From an uncultured Rickettsiales bacterium (GTDB lineage Bacteria; Pseudomonadota; Alphaproteobacteria; Rickettsiales; SXRF01): a stretch of 64,000 bases of DNA. Positions 38,573-49,670 of the stretch are shown piece by piece (position 1 is the first letter of the stretch; the number at the start of each line of letters is the position of its first letter). The position numbers were made by a program, and so were the translations under genes. Under the pieces are notes generated by a model. It was not told where the DNA came from. It was given only the letters and a program-made list of their open reading frames with translations, and ran no database searches. The stretch spans positions 26,687 through 90,686 of the forward strand of contig CAYXYU010000002.1 in assembly GCA_964469525.1 (NCBI GenBank), read 5' to 3'.

Positions 38573-38664
38573 AAGTACGATACTATATATTTATCACTTC
38601 CTTATTCGACATTACCCGTGGCCGCGGATACACTATATCCCTTTTACTTTGCCAGGGAGCGTTT

Positions 38665-39210
38665 ATGAAACTGCTCGTCTTCGCCGGCTCGCTCCGGGCT
38701 GACTCCTGCAACAAGAAGTTTGCCCGCGAGGCGCTGCGGCTGGCAAAGGAGGCCGGAGCGGAAGCAGAGTTCATTGATCTAAAGGATTACCCGATGCCGG
38801 TTTATGATGGCGATATCGAGACCTCCGCAGGCATTCCGGAAAATACGGTAAAGCTCGGGGAGAAAATCCGGACGGCCGATGCGCTGATCATCTCGACGCC
38901 CGAGTATAACGGCGGCATTCCCGGCGTGCTCAAGAACGTAGTGGACTGGTTGTCGCGCGAGAAGCAGGTGTCGCTTACCGGCAAGCACCTGCTGCTGCTG
39001 GCCGCTTCGCCGGGCGCCCTGGGCGGCATCCGCAGCCTGCTGCATTCGCGCATCCCGTTCGAGATGCTTAGCGTGCATGTATTTCCGGACAAGGTGGGAT
39101 TGCCCAACGCCTACAGCGCCTTCGACGAGCAGGGCAGGCTGAAGGACGAGAAGATTCTCAAGCGGCTGAGGAGCACGGTCGGGAAATTTATCGCCCATGT
39201 GAAATCCTAA
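38665..39210 (+). CDS. NAD(P)H-dependent FMN reductase family protein
   Basis: MKLLVFAGSLRADSCNKK... and STPEYNGGIPGVLKN blocks are typical of the flavodoxin-like FMN reductase family. Confidence 0.75.
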   Translation: MKLLVFAGSLRADSCNKKFAREALRLAKEAGAEAEFIDLKDYPMPVYDGDIETSAGIPENTVKLGEKIRTADALIISTPEYNGGIPGVLKNVVDWLSREKQVSLTGKHLLLLAASPGALGGIRSLLHSRIPFEMLSVHVFPDKVGLPNAYSAFDEQGRLKDEKILKRLRSTVGKFIAHVKS

Positions 39211-39214
39211 AGCA

Positions 39215-39310
39215 CCGTCATCGTCCGACTTGCCAAAGGCAATTCCAGGGCGATCCAGTCTTACTATGGATCCCCTGGATTTACTGCGCAAATTCTAGGG
39301 GAATGACGCA
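39215..39310. repeat. ~96-bp nested palindromic intergenic element (copy 2, inverted relative to copy 1)
   Basis: Outer arms are cgtcatcgtcc ... ggggaatgacg. The reverse complement aligns by eye with 4253-4347 (cgtcattcccc, atttgcg.ag.aaatcc.agggga.tcca, actggatc.ccct.gaattgc). It also lies between convergent genes. Confidence 0.7.
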
Positions 39311-39323
39311 CTGCCCCAACGGC

Positions 39324-41267
39324 CTACCGTTCAATTTCACCTGTTTTGGCATTCATCTCCTTAAACAGCGCAACGCAATCGCTGTCCTTGCCCAAGCCGC
39401 CTTCGATGAAAGCGGCGATGGCGGCGGCAGGGGCCAGGGCAGCCAGTCCGGTGGCGATAGCGCCGCGGGCCGCCAAGGGACCTTTTTCGATCGACAGGTC
39501 GGGATGTTTAAGCGTTCCCTGGATGTCGATAGGGGAACGCAGCGACAGCAGGGTCGGTTCCTTGGGAGCGGGGAGGACGCGCAACGACAGCTGTTCGTTC
39601 TCCAGATCGACCGTGCCGCCGATCTGAATGTTGGTGTCCGCCGTGTCTATGACAAAACGCTTGGTGCGCATCAGGCCCTTGTCGATATCGAAGCTGGCGA
39701 TGATGCAGCGTATGGCAAGCGGCCGGTCGCCGGTGAGCAGGAACCCGAGCGAGCGGGCAATATCGAGGCTGAGCAGCTTGACCAGCAGGTTGCTGATACG
39801 GCCCTCCTGCATGCCGAGGCCCGCCTCGCCGCTGGCATTGGCCAGCATCTCGTGCAGGGATTTTCCGGGCCCGACCACTGTCATTCTCCCGCCGATCTCG
39901 CCTTCCGGCTCCTCAATCTCCACGCCTGCCACCTTGTCCCGCATGTTGCTTAAGAGACCGGAAAGCGTGAGCTTTGAAAAGGTTATCTCGGCGCGGTTCT
40001 GGACCGGCAGCTTGCGGGCGTCAATCACCATGTTAGCCGATATATCGCCCTTCGCCGTACCGAAGCGCACCGGCGTTAGTTTCATGAGTCGATCGTCAAG
40101 GGTAAGCTTCATGTAGAAATCGTCGAGCGGCAGGGTAGGGGAAATCACCTGCCGGCCAGTAAATTCGATATCCGCGTCCATTGCCGATACGCGGCTGATA
40201 TCGAGCGGAACGTTAGGAACGAGATAGGGACTCGCTTCCTGCTGCGCCGCCAGCTCCTTCTGTTCCGGCGAGACGCGCTGCTCAGGTGCCAGACCAATCA
40301 GCGGACCGAGATCGACGAAGCGCAGTTTGTCGGAGGTAAGTTTCCCCGAAAGCACCGGCCGCTCTTCCGACGTGTCCCACAGTATATCGCCCAGCAGGTC
40401 GCTTTCACCTGTGGTGCCGGCGAAATTGATGAAGTGCCAGCGCTCATTTTCATATACCAGCTTGCCTTTCAGGTGATAAGGCGGTGTCATCGGCAGGGCG
40501 ATGCCGAACAGCGGAAAGAGCTCCGCCATATCGGCGCCCTTGATATCGAGCATGAAGTCGGCGCGCCCTATCGGAGCCAGGCCGGAAAACGTGCCGTCGG
40601 CGCGCAACGCCGTCTGCCCTACGGAGAGGGTAAACTGCACCGGGCAGGATTTGCCCCGGTGTGCCATGCAGCGGGCCGAGACATCACCCTCCAGCGCGAA
40701 TGCCTGCCCGAGATGCCTGCCCTTACCCATAACGGCGAAATGATCCTCCTCCGTATTGGCTTTCAATGTGAGATCGGTTTTGCGAGGTACATCGAGATAG
40801 GTCAGGGTCGAATTTTCCAGATACAGATGCCCCAGCGAGGGAAAGGAGGTATCGTCGGAGGGATCGGAAGAGAACTGCCAGTTCGCCTGCTTCTCGGCAT
40901 TGCGTTCCAGGTGGATGTCGCTGTCGATCAGGGAAAGGTGGCGGATGCGCAGGTTCCCCTTGAGCAGCGCCTTTGGCCTGAAGGTGACTTCCATTACACC
41001 GATGTTTGCCATGTGATCGCTGCGGCCATGCTCCATGTTGGCCACGGAGAGCCCACTGACATGCAACCCCGGCAGCCAGGAGAGCAGCAGAGGATAGATG
41101 TAGCCATCGAACTGCACATCCCGTTCCAGCCGCTTCTCAGCGAGAGAAGCGAAAAGCTGCCGCCCGGGAGGCGTGTTGACGAACGCCAGCAGCAGCGCCG
41201 GAGCTGCTATCAGTACGATCAGCACTACCATTAGCCATGTTCTAAAGCCCATTGCTATATGGAACAT
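39324..41267 (-). CDS. AsmA family protein
   Basis: 647 aa with an N-terminal TM anchor (WLMVVLIVLIAAPALLLAF). A long beta-rich periplasmic region has AsmA-like N- and C-terminal blocks. Confidence 0.7.
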   Translation of the reverse strand: MFHIAMGFRTWLMVVLIVLIAAPALLLAFVNTPPGRQLFASLAEKRLERDVQFDGYIYPLLLSWLPGLHVSGLSVANMEHGRSDHMANIGVMEVTFRPKALLKGNLRIRHLSLIDSDIHLERNAEKQANWQFSSDPSDDTSFPSLGHLYLENSTLTYLDVPRKTDLTLKANTEEDHFAVMGKGRHLGQAFALEGDVSARCMAHRGKSCPVQFTLSVGQTALRADGTFSGLAPIGRADFMLDIKGADMAELFPLFGIALPMTPPYHLKGKLVYENERWHFINFAGTTGESDLLGDILWDTSEERPVLSGKLTSDKLRFVDLGPLIGLAPEQRVSPEQKELAAQQEASPYLVPNVPLDISRVSAMDADIEFTGRQVISPTLPLDDFYMKLTLDDRLMKLTPVRFGTAKGDISANMVIDARKLPVQNRAEITFSKLTLSGLLSNMRDKVAGVEIEEPEGEIGGRMTVVGPGKSLHEMLANASGEAGLGMQEGRISNLLVKLLSLDIARSLGFLLTGDRPLAIRCIIASFDIDKGLMRTKRFVIDTADTNIQIGGTVDLENEQLSLRVLPAPKEPTLLSLRSPIDIQGTLKHPDLSIEKGPLAARGAIATGLAALAPAAAIAAFIEGGLGKDSDCVALFKEMNAKTGEIER

Positions 41268-41412
41268 GAAGACGCGTTAAAAAACGATACAGTTGGTGAG
41301 TGGCACGCGCTTACATATTATTTATAGGGCGCAGCAGGCATAATCAGCGATAATTTATCGGGAAAGCGATAAGACTGGAAACAATTGGCTACGATTCACC
41401 ACGAAAGCGGGA

Positions 41413-41715
41413 ATGCCTGTGATGCAAGGAGAGGGAGGAGAAGCGAAAGTTCTGGAACCTGCGTCACAGCACTGCCGCCTGTCGGAACGTGAATCCGACA
41501 TTATCCGTTGCCTGGTGCACGGCAAGACCAATAAACTGATCGCCCGGCATCTCGGCATAACAGAATCCACCGTCAAAGTGCATTTGAAGACAATCCTGCG
41601 CAAGCTAAGGGTCAGCAACCGCACTCAGGCAGCGTTATGGGCGGTGCAGCACGGTTTTTCACCGGCGCTGGAACCCCCTCCACCTGCAAAAAATCATTTC
41701 ATTCACATCGCGTAA
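41413..41715 (+). CDS. Stand-alone LuxR/GerE-type HTH protein (no receiver or ligand domain)
   Basis: 100 aa. [55 protein letters not shown] is a complete GerE HTH, preceded by only ~25 residues. Confidence 0.7.
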   Translation: MPVMQGEGGEAKVLEPASQHCRLSERESDIIRCLVHGKTNKLIARHLGITESTVKVHLKTILRKLRVSNRTQAALWAVQHGFSPALEPPPPAKNHFIHIA

Positions 41716-41817
41716 ACGCCTTTATGGAATTTTTATACTTCTTCCGGTAAAACCATATGGTCGGCTTATGCCCTTCTAGGGTCAGTTGATTATAAGCCGG
41801 AGTTGACTCGGCATTAA

Positions 41818-44800
41818 ATGCCGCGTCAGGATGTGAGTTCGCTTCATTTCGAATCAGCAGTTCGGCTTCTCGATCATCAAGGGAAGCATCGCGTGTACAA
41901 TCAGACAATACGCTCCCTGGAGGAGCAGGATGGGGATGTGCTCGTCGCCGACCGCGGCAACGAGATGACCTATCTGCTGCATGCCTTAAACGCCCTCAAG
42001 AACGGCGAGCCGCTGGTGCGGTTGCCCGCGGAATGGACGGGCATCGCTGGCAAGGTGGCCGACGCCTTTAATGAAGTGGTGGAGATCAATGAACGCATGG
42101 CGGGAGAACTCGGCCGCCTGAGCCAGGCGGTGGGTAAGCAAGGTAAGCTCAGTCAGCGACTTTTTCTAGGAGATACAAGAGGTTTTTGGCGAGAGTCGGT
42201 CGAGTCGGTCAATAACCTGATCGATGACCTCGTCCATCCGACCAGCGAGACGGCGCGCGTGATCGGCGCGGTAGCCCAAGGCGATCTCTCGCAGATGATG
42301 GCGCTCGAAATTGATGGGCGGCCATTGCAGGGCGAATTCCTGCGCACGGCCCGCACCATCAACACCATGGTGGCGCAGCTTTCCTCCTTTGCCTCGGAAG
42401 TGACGCGCGTGGCGCGCGAAGTGGGTACGGAAGGAAAGCTCGGCGGACAGGCGGTAGTGCCGGGCGTCGCCGGTACGTGGGAGGATCTCACCGACTCGGT
42501 GAATATGATGGCAGGCAATTTGACCGCCCAGGTACGCAACATCGCCGAAGTGGCAACCGCTGTGGCGGGCGGCGACCTGTCGCGCAAGATTACCGTAGAC
42601 GTCAAAGGCGAAATCCTTGAGCTGAAAAATACCGTCAATACGATGGTGGACCAGCTCAACTCCTTTGCTGCTGAAGTGACGCGCGTGGCGCGCGAGGTGG
42701 GCACCGAAGGCAAGCTCGGCGGGCAGGCGCGGGTGGAGGGTGTGTCGGGCACCTGGAAAGACCTGACCGACTCGGTGAACTCGATGGCCGGCAACCTGAC
42801 CAGCCAGGTGCGCAACATTGCGCAGGTGACGACCGCCATTGCCAACGGGGACCTGTCGCGCAAGATCACGGTGGACGTCGCCGGCGAAATCCTTGAACTG
42901 AAAGACACGATTAACACGATGGTGGACCAGCTTTCTTCCTTCGCGGCAGAGGTGACGCGTGTGGCGCGCGAAGTGGGCACCGAAGGCAAGCTGGGCGGCC
43001 AGGCCAGGGTGCCGGGCGTAGCTGGTACGTGGAAAGACCTCACCGACTCCGTCAACATGATGGCCGGCAATCTGACCGGGCAGGTGCGCAACATCGCCGA
43101 GGTGGCGACCGCCGTGGCGAACGGTGACCTGTCGAGTAAGATCACGGTGGACGTGGCGGGAGAAATCCTTGAACTTAAGAACACCGTCAACACGATGGTG
43201 GACCAGCTGCGTTCTTTCGCTTCGGAAGTAACGCGCGTGGCGCGCGAAGTGGGCACGGAAGGCAAGCTCGGCGGGCAGGCGCAGGTGGAGGGCGTATCGG
43301 GGACCTGGAAGGATCTGACCGACTCGGTGAACTCGATGGCCGGCAACCTGACCAGCCAGGTGCGCAACATTGCTGACGTGACCAAGGCGGTGGCGGCGGG
43401 TGACCTGTCGAAAAAGATCACAGTGGACGTGGCGGGTGAAATTCTTGAGTTGAAAGATACGATCAATACGATGGTGGACCAGCTATCCTCCTTCGCGGCC
43501 GAAGTGACGCGCGTGGCGCGCGAGGTAGGCACCGAAGGCAAGCTGGGCGGGCAGGCCAAAGTACCGGGCGTAGCCGGCACGTGGAAGGATCTGACGGACT
43601 CGGTGAACATGATGGCCGGCAACCTGACGGCGCAGGTGCGCAACATCGCCGAGGTGGCGACCGCCGTGGCCAACGGCGACCTGTCCAGCAAGATCACGGT
43701 GGATGTGGCGGGCGAAATCCTTGAGTTGAAAGATACCATCAACACCATGGTGGACCAACTCAATTCCTTCGCGGCGGAAGTGACGCGCGTGGCGCGCGAA
43801 GTGGGTACGGAAGGCAAACTCGGCGGCCAGGCCGACGTGAAGGGCGTGGCGGGCACCTGGAAGGACCTCACCGACTCGGTGAATATGATGGCCGGCAACC
43901 TGACCGGTCAGGTACGCAACATCGCGGAAGTGGCGACGGCCATTGCCAGCGGCGACTTGTCGCGCAAGATCACGGTGGACGTGAAAGGGGAAATCCTTGA
44001 GTTGAAAGACACCATCAACACCATGGTGGACCAGTTGAACTCCTTTGCCGCCGAAGTGACGCGCGTGGCGCGCGAAGTGGGCACCGAAGGCAAGCTGGGC
44101 GGACAGGCCGACGTGAAGGGCGTGGCGGGAACATGGAAGGACCTCACCGACTCGGTGAACATGATGGCGGGCAATCTGACGGCCCAGGTGCGTAACATCG
44201 CCGACGTGACCAAGGCGGTGGCGGCGGGTGACCTGTCGAAAAAGATCACGGTGGACGTGAAAGGGGAAATCTGGGAGCTCAAGAACACCATCAACACCAT
44301 GGTGGACCAATTGAACTCCTTCGCGGCGGAAGTGACGCGCGTGGCGCGCGAGGTGGGTACGGAAGGAAAACTCGGCGGCCAGGCGCGGGTGGAAGGCGTA
44401 TCAGGCACCTGGAAGGACCTCACCGACTCCGTGAACCGCATGGCCGACAACCTGACCAGCCAGGTGCGCGGCATCGCCAAGGTGGTGACCTCGGTCGCTA
44501 ACGGCGAACTCAAGCGCAAGCTGACGGTAGAGGCCAAGGGAGAAATCGCCGAACTGGCCGATACCATCAACAATATGATCGACACGCTGGCCACTTTCGC
44601 CGACCAGGTGACCACCGTCGCGCGTGAAGTTGGCGTTGAGGGGCAGCTCGGCGGGCAGGCCAAGGTGCCTGGCGCTTCCGGCACCTGGAAGGGCCTAACC
44701 GAGAACGTGAACCAGCTGGCGGCTAACCTCACCACGCAGGTGCGCGCCATCGCCGAGGTGGCGACCGCGGTGACCAAGGGCGATCTGACGCGCTCCATCA

Positions 44801-47640
44801 CCGTGAAGGCGCAGGGCGAAGTAGCCGCACTCAAAGACACCATTAACGAAATGATCAGCAATCTGCGCGACACGACGCAGAAAAATACCGAGCAGGACTG
44901 GCTTAAAACCAACCTCGCCAAGTTCAGCCGCATGCTGCAGGGCCAGCGCGACCTGACCAACGTCGGGCGCATGGTGCTCTCGGAACTGTGCCCGGTGGTG
45001 GCGGCGCAGCAAGCCGAGTTCTACGTGCTGGATACTGACGGCGACGGCGAGCCGTGCCTGACCCTGCTCGCCAGCTATGCGTCGGAAGGGGTGGGACCGC
45101 TCGGCAAGCAGATCCGCCTCGGCCAGGGCGTCATCGGCCAGTGCGCGCTGGAGAAGGAAAAGATCGCGCTCGACAACCTGCCGCAGGATTATATACGCAT
45201 CTCCTCGGGCCTTGGCGAAGCAAGTCCCCGCAGCATCCTGGTGCTGCCGCTCATCTTCGAAGGCAAGGTGAAGGGTGTGCTGGAGCTGGCCTCGTTCGAG
45301 GGATTCAGTACCTCGCACCGTGCATTCCTGGACCAGTTGACGGAATCGATCGGCATCGTGCTCAACACCATCGAGGCCAACATGCGTACCGAAGGCCTGC
45401 TCGAGCAGTCGCAGTCACTGGCGCAGCAGCTGCAGAGCCGCCAGGAACAGCTGCAGCAGACCAATGAGGAGCTGCAGGAAAAGGCCAGGCTGCTGGCTCG
45501 CCAGAACCAGGAGGTGGAGCGCAAGAACCAGGAAGTGGAGCAGGCCCGGCAGGAGCTGGAGGACAAGGCGAAACAGCTGGCGCTTACCTCCAAGTATAAA
45601 TCGGAATTCCTCGCCAATATGTCGCATGAACTGCGCACGCCGCTCAACAGCCTGCTCATCCTGTCCGACCAGTTAACCAAGAATGCTGAGGGCAACCTGA
45701 CGCCCAAGCAGATCGATTTCACCAAGACCATCCATAGTTCCGGCAACGACCTGCTGATGCTCATCAACGATATTCTCGACCTCTCCAAGATCGAGTCGGG
45801 CACGGTGCAGGTCGAGAGCAGCGAGCTCAGGCTTGAGGATCTCCACGGCTACGTCTCGCGCACCTTCAAGCACGTCGCCGAGTCGAAGAACGTCGAGTTC
45901 GCCATCCACTTCGAGTCCGATCTGCCGAAGTCGATGGTCACCGACGCCAAGCGCCTGCAGCAAATCATCAAGAACCTGCTGTCCAACGCCTTCAAGTTCA
46001 CTCATCATGGCCGGGTAACCCTGACGGCCGGCATGGCGCGCTCCGGCTGGAGCACGTTTAATGAAGAACTGAACCGTGCCTCCGACGTCCTGTTCTTCGA
46101 GGTATCCGATACCGGCATCGGTATTCCGAATGACAAGCAGATGATTATCTTCGAGGCGTTCCAGCAGGCTGACGGTTCCACCAGCCGCAAATATGGCGGT
46201 ACCGGACTGGGCCTTGCCATCAGCCGCGAGCTGTCGCAACTGCTGGGGGGTGAGATTCGCCTCGTATCCAGCCCCGGCCAGGGCAGCACCTTTACCTTGT
46301 ACTTGCCGGTGACCTATTCCGCCAACCGGCCGCGCCGCGGAGGGGAGGCAGCGCTCGAAGCACCTCCGCCTGTGCCGGTCAGCCGCGACACGGTGGCGGT
46401 CGAGCCAATAGAGCCAGAGAACAGCCAGCTGGTGAACGAGATAGGCGATGACCGCCAGTATATCCAGCTCAATGACCATGTAGTGCTCATCGTTGAAAAC
46501 GATCTGGGCTTTGCCCGCTTCCTCCTCGATACCGCGCGGGAGAAGGGGTTCAAGGGACTGGTGACATCGCTGGGAGCGGCGGCGCTGACGCTGACGCATG
46601 ATTACCGTATCGACGCCATCCTGCTGGACATTCATCTGCCGGATATTCAGGGCTGGCGCATCCTTGAGCGGCTCAAGAACGATATCGCCACGCGTCATAT
46701 TCCGGTCTGCGTCATCTCAACCGATGATTCGCGCGATCAGGCGCTGGCAGCCGGAGCGCATAGTTTCCTTGCCAAGCCGATCAGGCAGGGAGAAGTGCTG
46801 GACGGGCTCCTTGCACGTCTGTCGGAATACATTGCGCGGATAAAAAAGAAGGTACTGGTGGCGATGCCGGACGCACAGGCCAGAACCAGCGCGCGGGAAG
46901 TCATTGAGAGCGCCGATATGGAAACGGTGGTGGCCAAGAGCAAGTCGGCAGTGCTCAAGGCGATCGCTAAACAGCCTATCGACTGCATAGTCGTGAGTCC
47001 CGATTGGTTCGACATTGCCGATACGGCGCTTCGCCGGGAAGAGGAAACCGAAGGTGCAGTAAGCCGTATTCCCGTCATTGTGCATGGAGAGGGAGAAGTG
47101 AAGCCCGAGGCGTGGGAACGCGTGAGCCGCCGCACCCGGACCCGCCATGCCCGTTCTCCGGAACGGCTGTTGGATTTTGTCAGCGCTGCCGTGCATCGCA
47201 ACATTGCCGTGCTGCCCGAGGACAGGCGCCGCATGCTGACCGACATGCATCAGTCCGACCGTATACTGGCGGGCAAGAAGGTGTTGATCGTGGATGATGA
47301 TGCACGCAATATTTTCGCCCTGACCAGCGTGTTGGAAGAGCACCGCATGACTATTCTCTCTTCCGATAATGGGCGCGATGCTATTAAGCTGCTGCAGGAC
47401 GAGCCGGACGTGGATATGGTGCTGATGGACATCATGATGCCGGAAATGGATGGTATGCAGACCATACGTGAAATCCGCAAGCTACCGGCGCTGAAGGATC
47501 TTCCGATCGTTGCCGTCACCGCCAAAGCCATGAAGGGCGATCGCGAAAAATGCATCGAGGCGGGCGCCTGGGATTATCTTTCCAAGCCGGTCAACCCCGA
47601 ACAGATGATGGCAGTGCTGCGCGCCTGGCTGATGCGCTAG
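41818..47640 (+). CDS. Soluble poly-HAMP / GAF hybrid histidine kinase with REC, pseudo-REC and REC domains (1940 aa)
   Basis: No TM segment. About 20 HAMP-like units are followed by a GAF-like region, a coiled coil and the H-box [15 protein letters not shown]. HATPase ([15 protein letters not shown]) and three receiver-like domains complete it. The start is uncertain (ATG 41818 lacks an RBS; GTG 41893 has AAGGGAAG upstream). Confidence 0.85.
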   Translation: MPRQDVSSLHFESAVRLLDHQGKHRVYNQTIRSLEEQDGDVLVADRGNEMTYLLHALNALKNGEPLVRLPAEWTGIAGKVADAFNEVVEINERMAGELGRLSQAVGKQGKLSQRLFLGDTRGFWRESVESVNNLIDDLVHPTSETARVIGAVAQGDLSQMMALEIDGRPLQGEFLRTARTINTMVAQLSSFASEVTRVAREVGTEGKLGGQAVVPGVAGTWEDLTDSVNMMAGNLTAQVRNIAEVATAVAGGDLSRKITVDVKGEILELKNTVNTMVDQLNSFAAEVTRVAREVGTEGKLGGQARVEGVSGTWKDLTDSVNSMAGNLTSQVRNIAQVTTAIANGDLSRKITVDVAGEILELKDTINTMVDQLSSFAAEVTRVAREVGTEGKLGGQARVPGVAGTWKDLTDSVNMMAGNLTGQVRNIAEVATAVANGDLSSKITVDVAGEILELKNTVNTMVDQLRSFASEVTRVAREVGTEGKLGGQAQVEGVSGTWKDLTDSVNSMAGNLTSQVRNIADVTKAVAAGDLSKKITVDVAGEILELKDTINTMVDQLSSFAAEVTRVAREVGTEGKLGGQAKVPGVAGTWKDLTDSVNMMAGNLTAQVRNIAEVATAVANGDLSSKITVDVAGEILELKDTINTMVDQLNSFAAEVTRVAREVGTEGKLGGQADVKGVAGTWKDLTDSVNMMAGNLTGQVRNIAEVATAIASGDLSRKITVDVKGEILELKDTINTMVDQLNSFAAEVTRVAREVGTEGKLGGQADVKGVAGTWKDLTDSVNMMAGNLTAQVRNIADVTKAVAAGDLSKKITVDVKGEIWELKNTINTMVDQLNSFAAEVTRVAREVGTEGKLGGQARVEGVSGTWKDLTDSVNRMADNLTSQVRGIAKVVTSVANGELKRKLTVEAKGEIAELADTINNMIDTLATFADQVTTVAREVGVEGQLGGQAKVPGASGTWKGLTENVNQLAANLTTQVRAIAEVATAVTKGDLTRSITVKAQGEVAALKDTINEMISNLRDTTQKNTEQDWLKTNLAKFSRMLQGQRDLTNVGRMVLSELCPVVAAQQAEFYVLDTDGDGEPCLTLLASYASEGVGPLGKQIRLGQGVIGQCALEKEKIALDNLPQDYIRISSGLGEASPRSILVLPLIFEGKVKGVLELASFEGFSTSHRAFLDQLTESIGIVLNTIEANMRTEGLLEQSQSLAQQLQSRQEQLQQTNEELQEKARLLARQNQEVERKNQEVEQARQELEDKAKQLALTSKYKSEFLANMSHELRTPLNSLLILSDQLTKNAEGNLTPKQIDFTKTIHSSGNDLLMLINDILDLSKIESGTVQVESSELRLEDLHGYVSRTFKHVAESKNVEFAIHFESDLPKSMVTDAKRLQQIIKNLLSNAFKFTHHGRVTLTAGMARSGWSTFNEELNRASDVLFFEVSDTGIGIPNDKQMIIFEAFQQADGSTSRKYGGTGLGLAISRELSQLLGGEIRLVSSPGQGSTFTLYLPVTYSANRPRRGGEAALEAPPPVPVSRDTVAVEPIEPENSQLVNEIGDDRQYIQLNDHVVLIVENDLGFARFLLDTAREKGFKGLVTSLGAAALTLTHDYRIDAILLDIHLPDIQGWRILERLKNDIATRHIPVCVISTDDSRDQALAAGAHSFLAKPIRQGEVLDGLLARLSEYIARIKKKVLVAMPDAQARTSAREVIESADMETVVAKSKSAVLKAIAKQPIDCIVVSPDWFDIADTALRREEETEGAVSRIPVIVHGEGEVKPEAWERVSRRTRTRHARSPERLLDFVSAAVHRNIAVLPEDRRRMLTDMHQSDRILAGKKVLIVDDDARNIFALTSVLEEHRMTILSSDNGRDAIKLLQDEPDVDMVLMDIMMPEMDGMQTIREIRKLPALKDLPIVAVTAKAMKGDREKCIEAGAWDYLSKPVNPEQMMAVLRAWLMR
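42300..44880 (+). repeat. Nine in-frame tandem repeats of exactly 276 bp (92 aa, two HAMP units each)
   Basis: The marker gaagtgacgcgcgtggcgcgcga (or a close variant) recurs at 42397, 42673, 42949, 43225, 43501, 43777, 44053, 44329 and 44605. The array bounds are approximate. Confidence 0.9.
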
Positions 47641-47650
47641 CGGAGGCGGC

Positions 47651-49285
47651 ATGCACGAAGCCCTCGCGATCTCAACCTCCAGGAATGATACCGAGCCGAC
47701 GCCCTCGGCTGTTGAAGACGCGGATCGCGTCAAGATTCTCATTGTCGACGACCTGCCGGAAAACCGGATGGCTTATTGCGCCATCCTGGAGGAGCTGGGG
47801 CAGGAGATAGTAACCGCCGGCTCAGGCAGGGATGCGCTCAAGCTGGTGCTGCAGCACGAGTTCGCCGTCATACTGCTGGACGTCAACCTTCCGGAGATGG
47901 ATGGGTTCGAAATCGCCACCCTTATCCGCAGCCGCCGTGGCTCGGCGCGGACCCCGATAATATTCCTTACCGCCTTTACCGACGAGGTACGCATGGCGCA
48001 GGGCTATGCCAGCGGCGCCGTGGACTATCTGCCGACGCCGGTGGTACCGGGCATCCTGCAGGCCAAGGTGCGCGTCTTCATCGAGCTGTCGCAGATGCGA
48101 CGCCAGGCTGCGCTGCAGGCGGAGGAACGCGCGCGTCGCACGGCGGCCGAAGAGGCAGACCGCCGAAAGGATGAATTCCTCGGGATGTTGTCGCATGAGC
48201 TCCGTAATCCGCTCGGTCCTATCCTGAATGCCGCGCACCTGCTGCGCCGCATCGCCACCGATGACGCACGCTTGCAGGAAGTGGGCGGTATCCTTGACCG
48301 TCAGGTCAAGCATATGACGCGCCTGATCGACGATCTGCTCGATGCCACCCGGCTCGCCCATGGCAAGATATTGCTCAGGAAGGAACGTTGCGACCTGGTG
48401 CAGATCATCCGTCAGACCGTCGAGGATTACCGTAGTATTTTCGACATGCGTCAGCTGCGGCTGGAAACCAGCCTGCCAAATTCGCCGGTCTGGATGACCG
48501 GGGATCCGACCCGGCTGGTACAGTCCATCGGCAACCTGCTGCATAATGCTCACAAATTCACCGACCCGGGCGGCCTGGTAAAGATTGCACTGGAAACCAG
48601 CGGCCAGACGGCTGAAATCCGCGTCACCGATACCGGCATCGGTATCGACGCAGCACTAATCCCTCACGTTTTCGAGGTATTCCGGCAGGCCGAACAGGGG
48701 CTGGATCACGGTGGCGGAGGCCTTGGCCTCGGTCTCGCCCTGCTCAAAGGATTGATCGAGCTGCATGGAGGCGATGTCTTTGTCAGCAGCGATGGGCCGG
48801 GCAAGGGAACCAAATTCACGCTGCGGCTGCCGATTGAGGGGGCCTCCGTGCCGGCTGCGCTCCCGCAGCCGGGCATTGCGCCGTCCAACCCAGCAAGCTG
48901 CCGCGTGCTTCTTATCGAGGATAACAAGCTGACTGCCGAAAGCACGCAGATGCTCCTGAGCATGGACGGGTATGAGGTGCATATGGCGCATAGCGGCCCC
49001 AGCGGTCTCGAAATGGCGAAGACCTTCCGTCCGCAGGTGATACTGTGCGATATCGGGCTGCCGGGAATGGACGGCTATCAGGTGGCGCGCCAGATACGTC
49101 AGGACACAAGGCTTTCCTCCTCATACATGATTGCACTTACCGGTTACGGCCGTGAGCAGGATCTGCGCCAGACCTGGGAGGCGGGTTTCGACCTGCATAT
49201 GATCAAGCCTGTCGATTATGAAAATCTGCGACGCACGCTGGCGGCCCTTCCGGCGAGGAACGGCGGGCATGGCGGGAAAGCCTGA
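47651..49285 (+). CDS. REC - histidine kinase - REC hybrid protein
   Basis: RBS GGAGG sits 4 nt upstream. REC (ILIVDDLPEN...LLDVNLPEMDG) is followed by the H-box FLGMLSHELRNPL, HATPase (DTGIGI, GGGLGLGLAL) and a second REC (VLLIEDN...ILCDIGLPGMDG...KPV). Confidence 0.85.
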   Translation: MHEALAISTSRNDTEPTPSAVEDADRVKILIVDDLPENRMAYCAILEELGQEIVTAGSGRDALKLVLQHEFAVILLDVNLPEMDGFEIATLIRSRRGSARTPIIFLTAFTDEVRMAQGYASGAVDYLPTPVVPGILQAKVRVFIELSQMRRQAALQAEERARRTAAEEADRRKDEFLGMLSHELRNPLGPILNAAHLLRRIATDDARLQEVGGILDRQVKHMTRLIDDLLDATRLAHGKILLRKERCDLVQIIRQTVEDYRSIFDMRQLRLETSLPNSPVWMTGDPTRLVQSIGNLLHNAHKFTDPGGLVKIALETSGQTAEIRVTDTGIGIDAALIPHVFEVFRQAEQGLDHGGGGLGLGLALLKGLIELHGGDVFVSSDGPGKGTKFTLRLPIEGASVPAALPQPGIAPSNPASCRVLLIEDNKLTAESTQMLLSMDGYEVHMAHSGPSGLEMAKTFRPQVILCDIGLPGMDGYQVARQIRQDTRLSSSYMIALTGYGREQDLRQTWEAGFDLHMIKPVDYENLRRTLAALPARNGGHGGKA

Positions 49286-49668
49286 TGACTGAAAAAATCA
49301 TCCCCGCAGACGTAGAGAAGTTTCTCCTTAAGCATATTGATTCGGTTGCCGAATGGGAAGGGCTGCTGCTGCTGCGCGCTCATCCGGCAACGGAATGGGA
49401 TGCTCAAACGGTTGCCCGAAACCTCTACGTTACTGAGCAGGAGGCGGCGCAGCTGCTGACGAACCTGGCGGCGAAAGGTTTTCTGGCTGTCGCTGGAGAA
49501 ACCGTGCGCTACCGATATCAGGTGGCCCAGCCTAAGCTGGAAACGGAAGTGGCGCGCGCTGCTGACTTGTATAAGCGGCGGCTGATTCCCATTACCAACC
49601 TCATTCACTCCAAAGCAAAAAAGCGAATCCAGGCGTTTGCCGACGCCTTCCGCATACGAAAGGACTGA
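49285..49668 (+). CDS. Hypothetical 127-aa cytoplasmic protein
   Basis: Its ATG shares a base with the upstream stop (TGATG). The product is helical with no motif I recognise. The coding call rests on coupling and codon usage. Confidence 0.55.
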   Translation: MTEKIIPADVEKFLLKHIDSVAEWEGLLLLRAHPATEWDAQTVARNLYVTEQEAAQLLTNLAAKGFLAVAGETVRYRYQVAQPKLETEVARAADLYKRRLIPITNLIHSKAKKRIQAFADAFRIRKD

Positions 49669-49670
49669 CT

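Noticed and set aside
42300-44880. Regular 276-bp periodic repeats that could superficially suggest a CRISPR-like or satellite array.
   Set aside because: The repeats are contiguous with no unique spacers. They are in frame and encode HAMP helices within one long ORF.
42153-44972. Long minus-strand ORFs (581 aa, 275 aa, 354 aa) antisense to the poly-HAMP array.
   Set aside because: They mirror the 276-bp periodicity of the plus-strand gene and have Ser/Pro/Thr/Arg-rich low-complexity translations. They lack RBSs. The plus strand encodes recognisable HAMP/kinase domains. These are high-GC antisense artefacts.
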